A stretch of DNA of 64,000 bases from Lytechinus pictus (Eukaryota), in the NCBI RefSeq assembly GCF_037042905.1, contig NC_087252.1:14820001-14884000 (forward strand). The letters are read 5' to 3'. Numbering within the stretch: position 1 is the first letter of the stretch; the number at the start of each line of letters is the position of its first letter. The position numbers were made by a program, and so were the translations under genes. Positions 62,997-64,000 of this stretch are shown here, piece by piece. The notes under the pieces were generated by a model, which made no database searches, had not been told where the DNA came from, and was given only the letters and a program-made list of their open reading frames with translations.

Positions 62997-64000
62997 TATG
63001 GATGTACTATAAGCGTTTTTATATAGACTGCCAGAAAAAAAATATATACGTAAAGGAATTTGAAAGAGCAGATGAAATTCATTTTTTCGTTGTTCATTTA
63101 TTAAAATAAAGTTGCTATCAGAGGTAATCTCCGATGATATCAATAATCGTAACAATCATCATAATAATACAAATAGTCTCATCACAATAATAATGATTAT
63201 TATTGTTATAATAACAATAAATGATCGAATTTGAATGCAAACGGATTTATTTTAATATCAAACGTTCTTATTGAAATCAGATGTTACACTACAAAATTAA
63301 TTTCCTTTTAACATGTTAAAAAGCAAGTTATGTATTCGTTCTCAGTTTGTCTTTGAAAATAAGTTATCCTTTTCTGATTGTTTGTTATTAAGCATTCAAT
63401 TACATGTGTGGTTATTATTACCTGAATGCAGCCTTGTGGATGAATACAATGTGCTAAAAAAAACGCGATGTTGAAGTTTTGCTTACGCGTGTGTGACTCG
63501 GCTACTACATATATGTCTGCTTTATAATTTGGGGTTTATTTTTTTCATGGTTTGAAATTATTCCCATTGAAAATCATTAACTGTTAAAGATATTATGGGT
63601 ATTGGGGTTCCGCAATTTTTTCTTTGTGAAAACCTGGTAATAAGATAAGACCTTCAGGAAAAGCACAAGTGAAATTTAATATTCGATATGCAAATGGTGT
63701 TTTTTAAGAATATATTAGCATATTTTGGTCATAATAATTTCAAAATACTTATTATAGGATTTTTTCTTATGCATGCTAAATTTTTTCAGTTCTCATTAAC
63801 AAGATACATTGTAGGCTTATGTACTTCAATAAACGGTCCACTATGTGCCCAAAGTGCGAGCGGTATTTATCTAACTTAGGTTCAAATTCAAGTTTATTTG
63901 TCGTCTACATCTATAAAGTGCATGTACTATATCACTACAAATCGATCGAGATAAATTGTTTAAAAAATATACAATATTATTAATTTACAAGAATCATGGA

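Overview
AT-rich, intron- and repeat-rich animal genomic DNA. The repeat and gene style suggests a marine deuterostome such as a sea urchin; this is inference only. Manual splice-phase reconstruction gives a cluster of three genes, each starting with a single death-domain (DD)-like exon. (1) A minus-strand DD-linker-caspase gene (exons 21737-21448, 6762-6700, 5658-5597, 4679-4494, 3974-3767; no p10 exon found in the window) with an intact His/Cys dyad but an atypical DACWG active-site pentapeptide. (2) A divergent plus-strand DD + NLS + coiled-coil gene (33292-33545 joined to 51212-51582) with a CCAAT/E2F/kB-type promoter. (3) A minus-strand DD exon (61798-61524) followed by a damaged P-loop (GKS) exon. 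The 17.7-kb intron of gene 2 holds a four-level transposon nest with all target-site duplications readable: Academ-like TIR element > L1/Tx1 LINE > CAGTCAG TIR element > near-intact RTE LINE, plus a Tc1/mariner-type insertion in the L1. Also present: an AcademH-type element with a RecQ-helicase fragment, decayed CR1/L2 and I-clade LINEs, many MITEs, tRNA-derived SINEs, and a candidate 7SL-headed SINE at 58179-58367.
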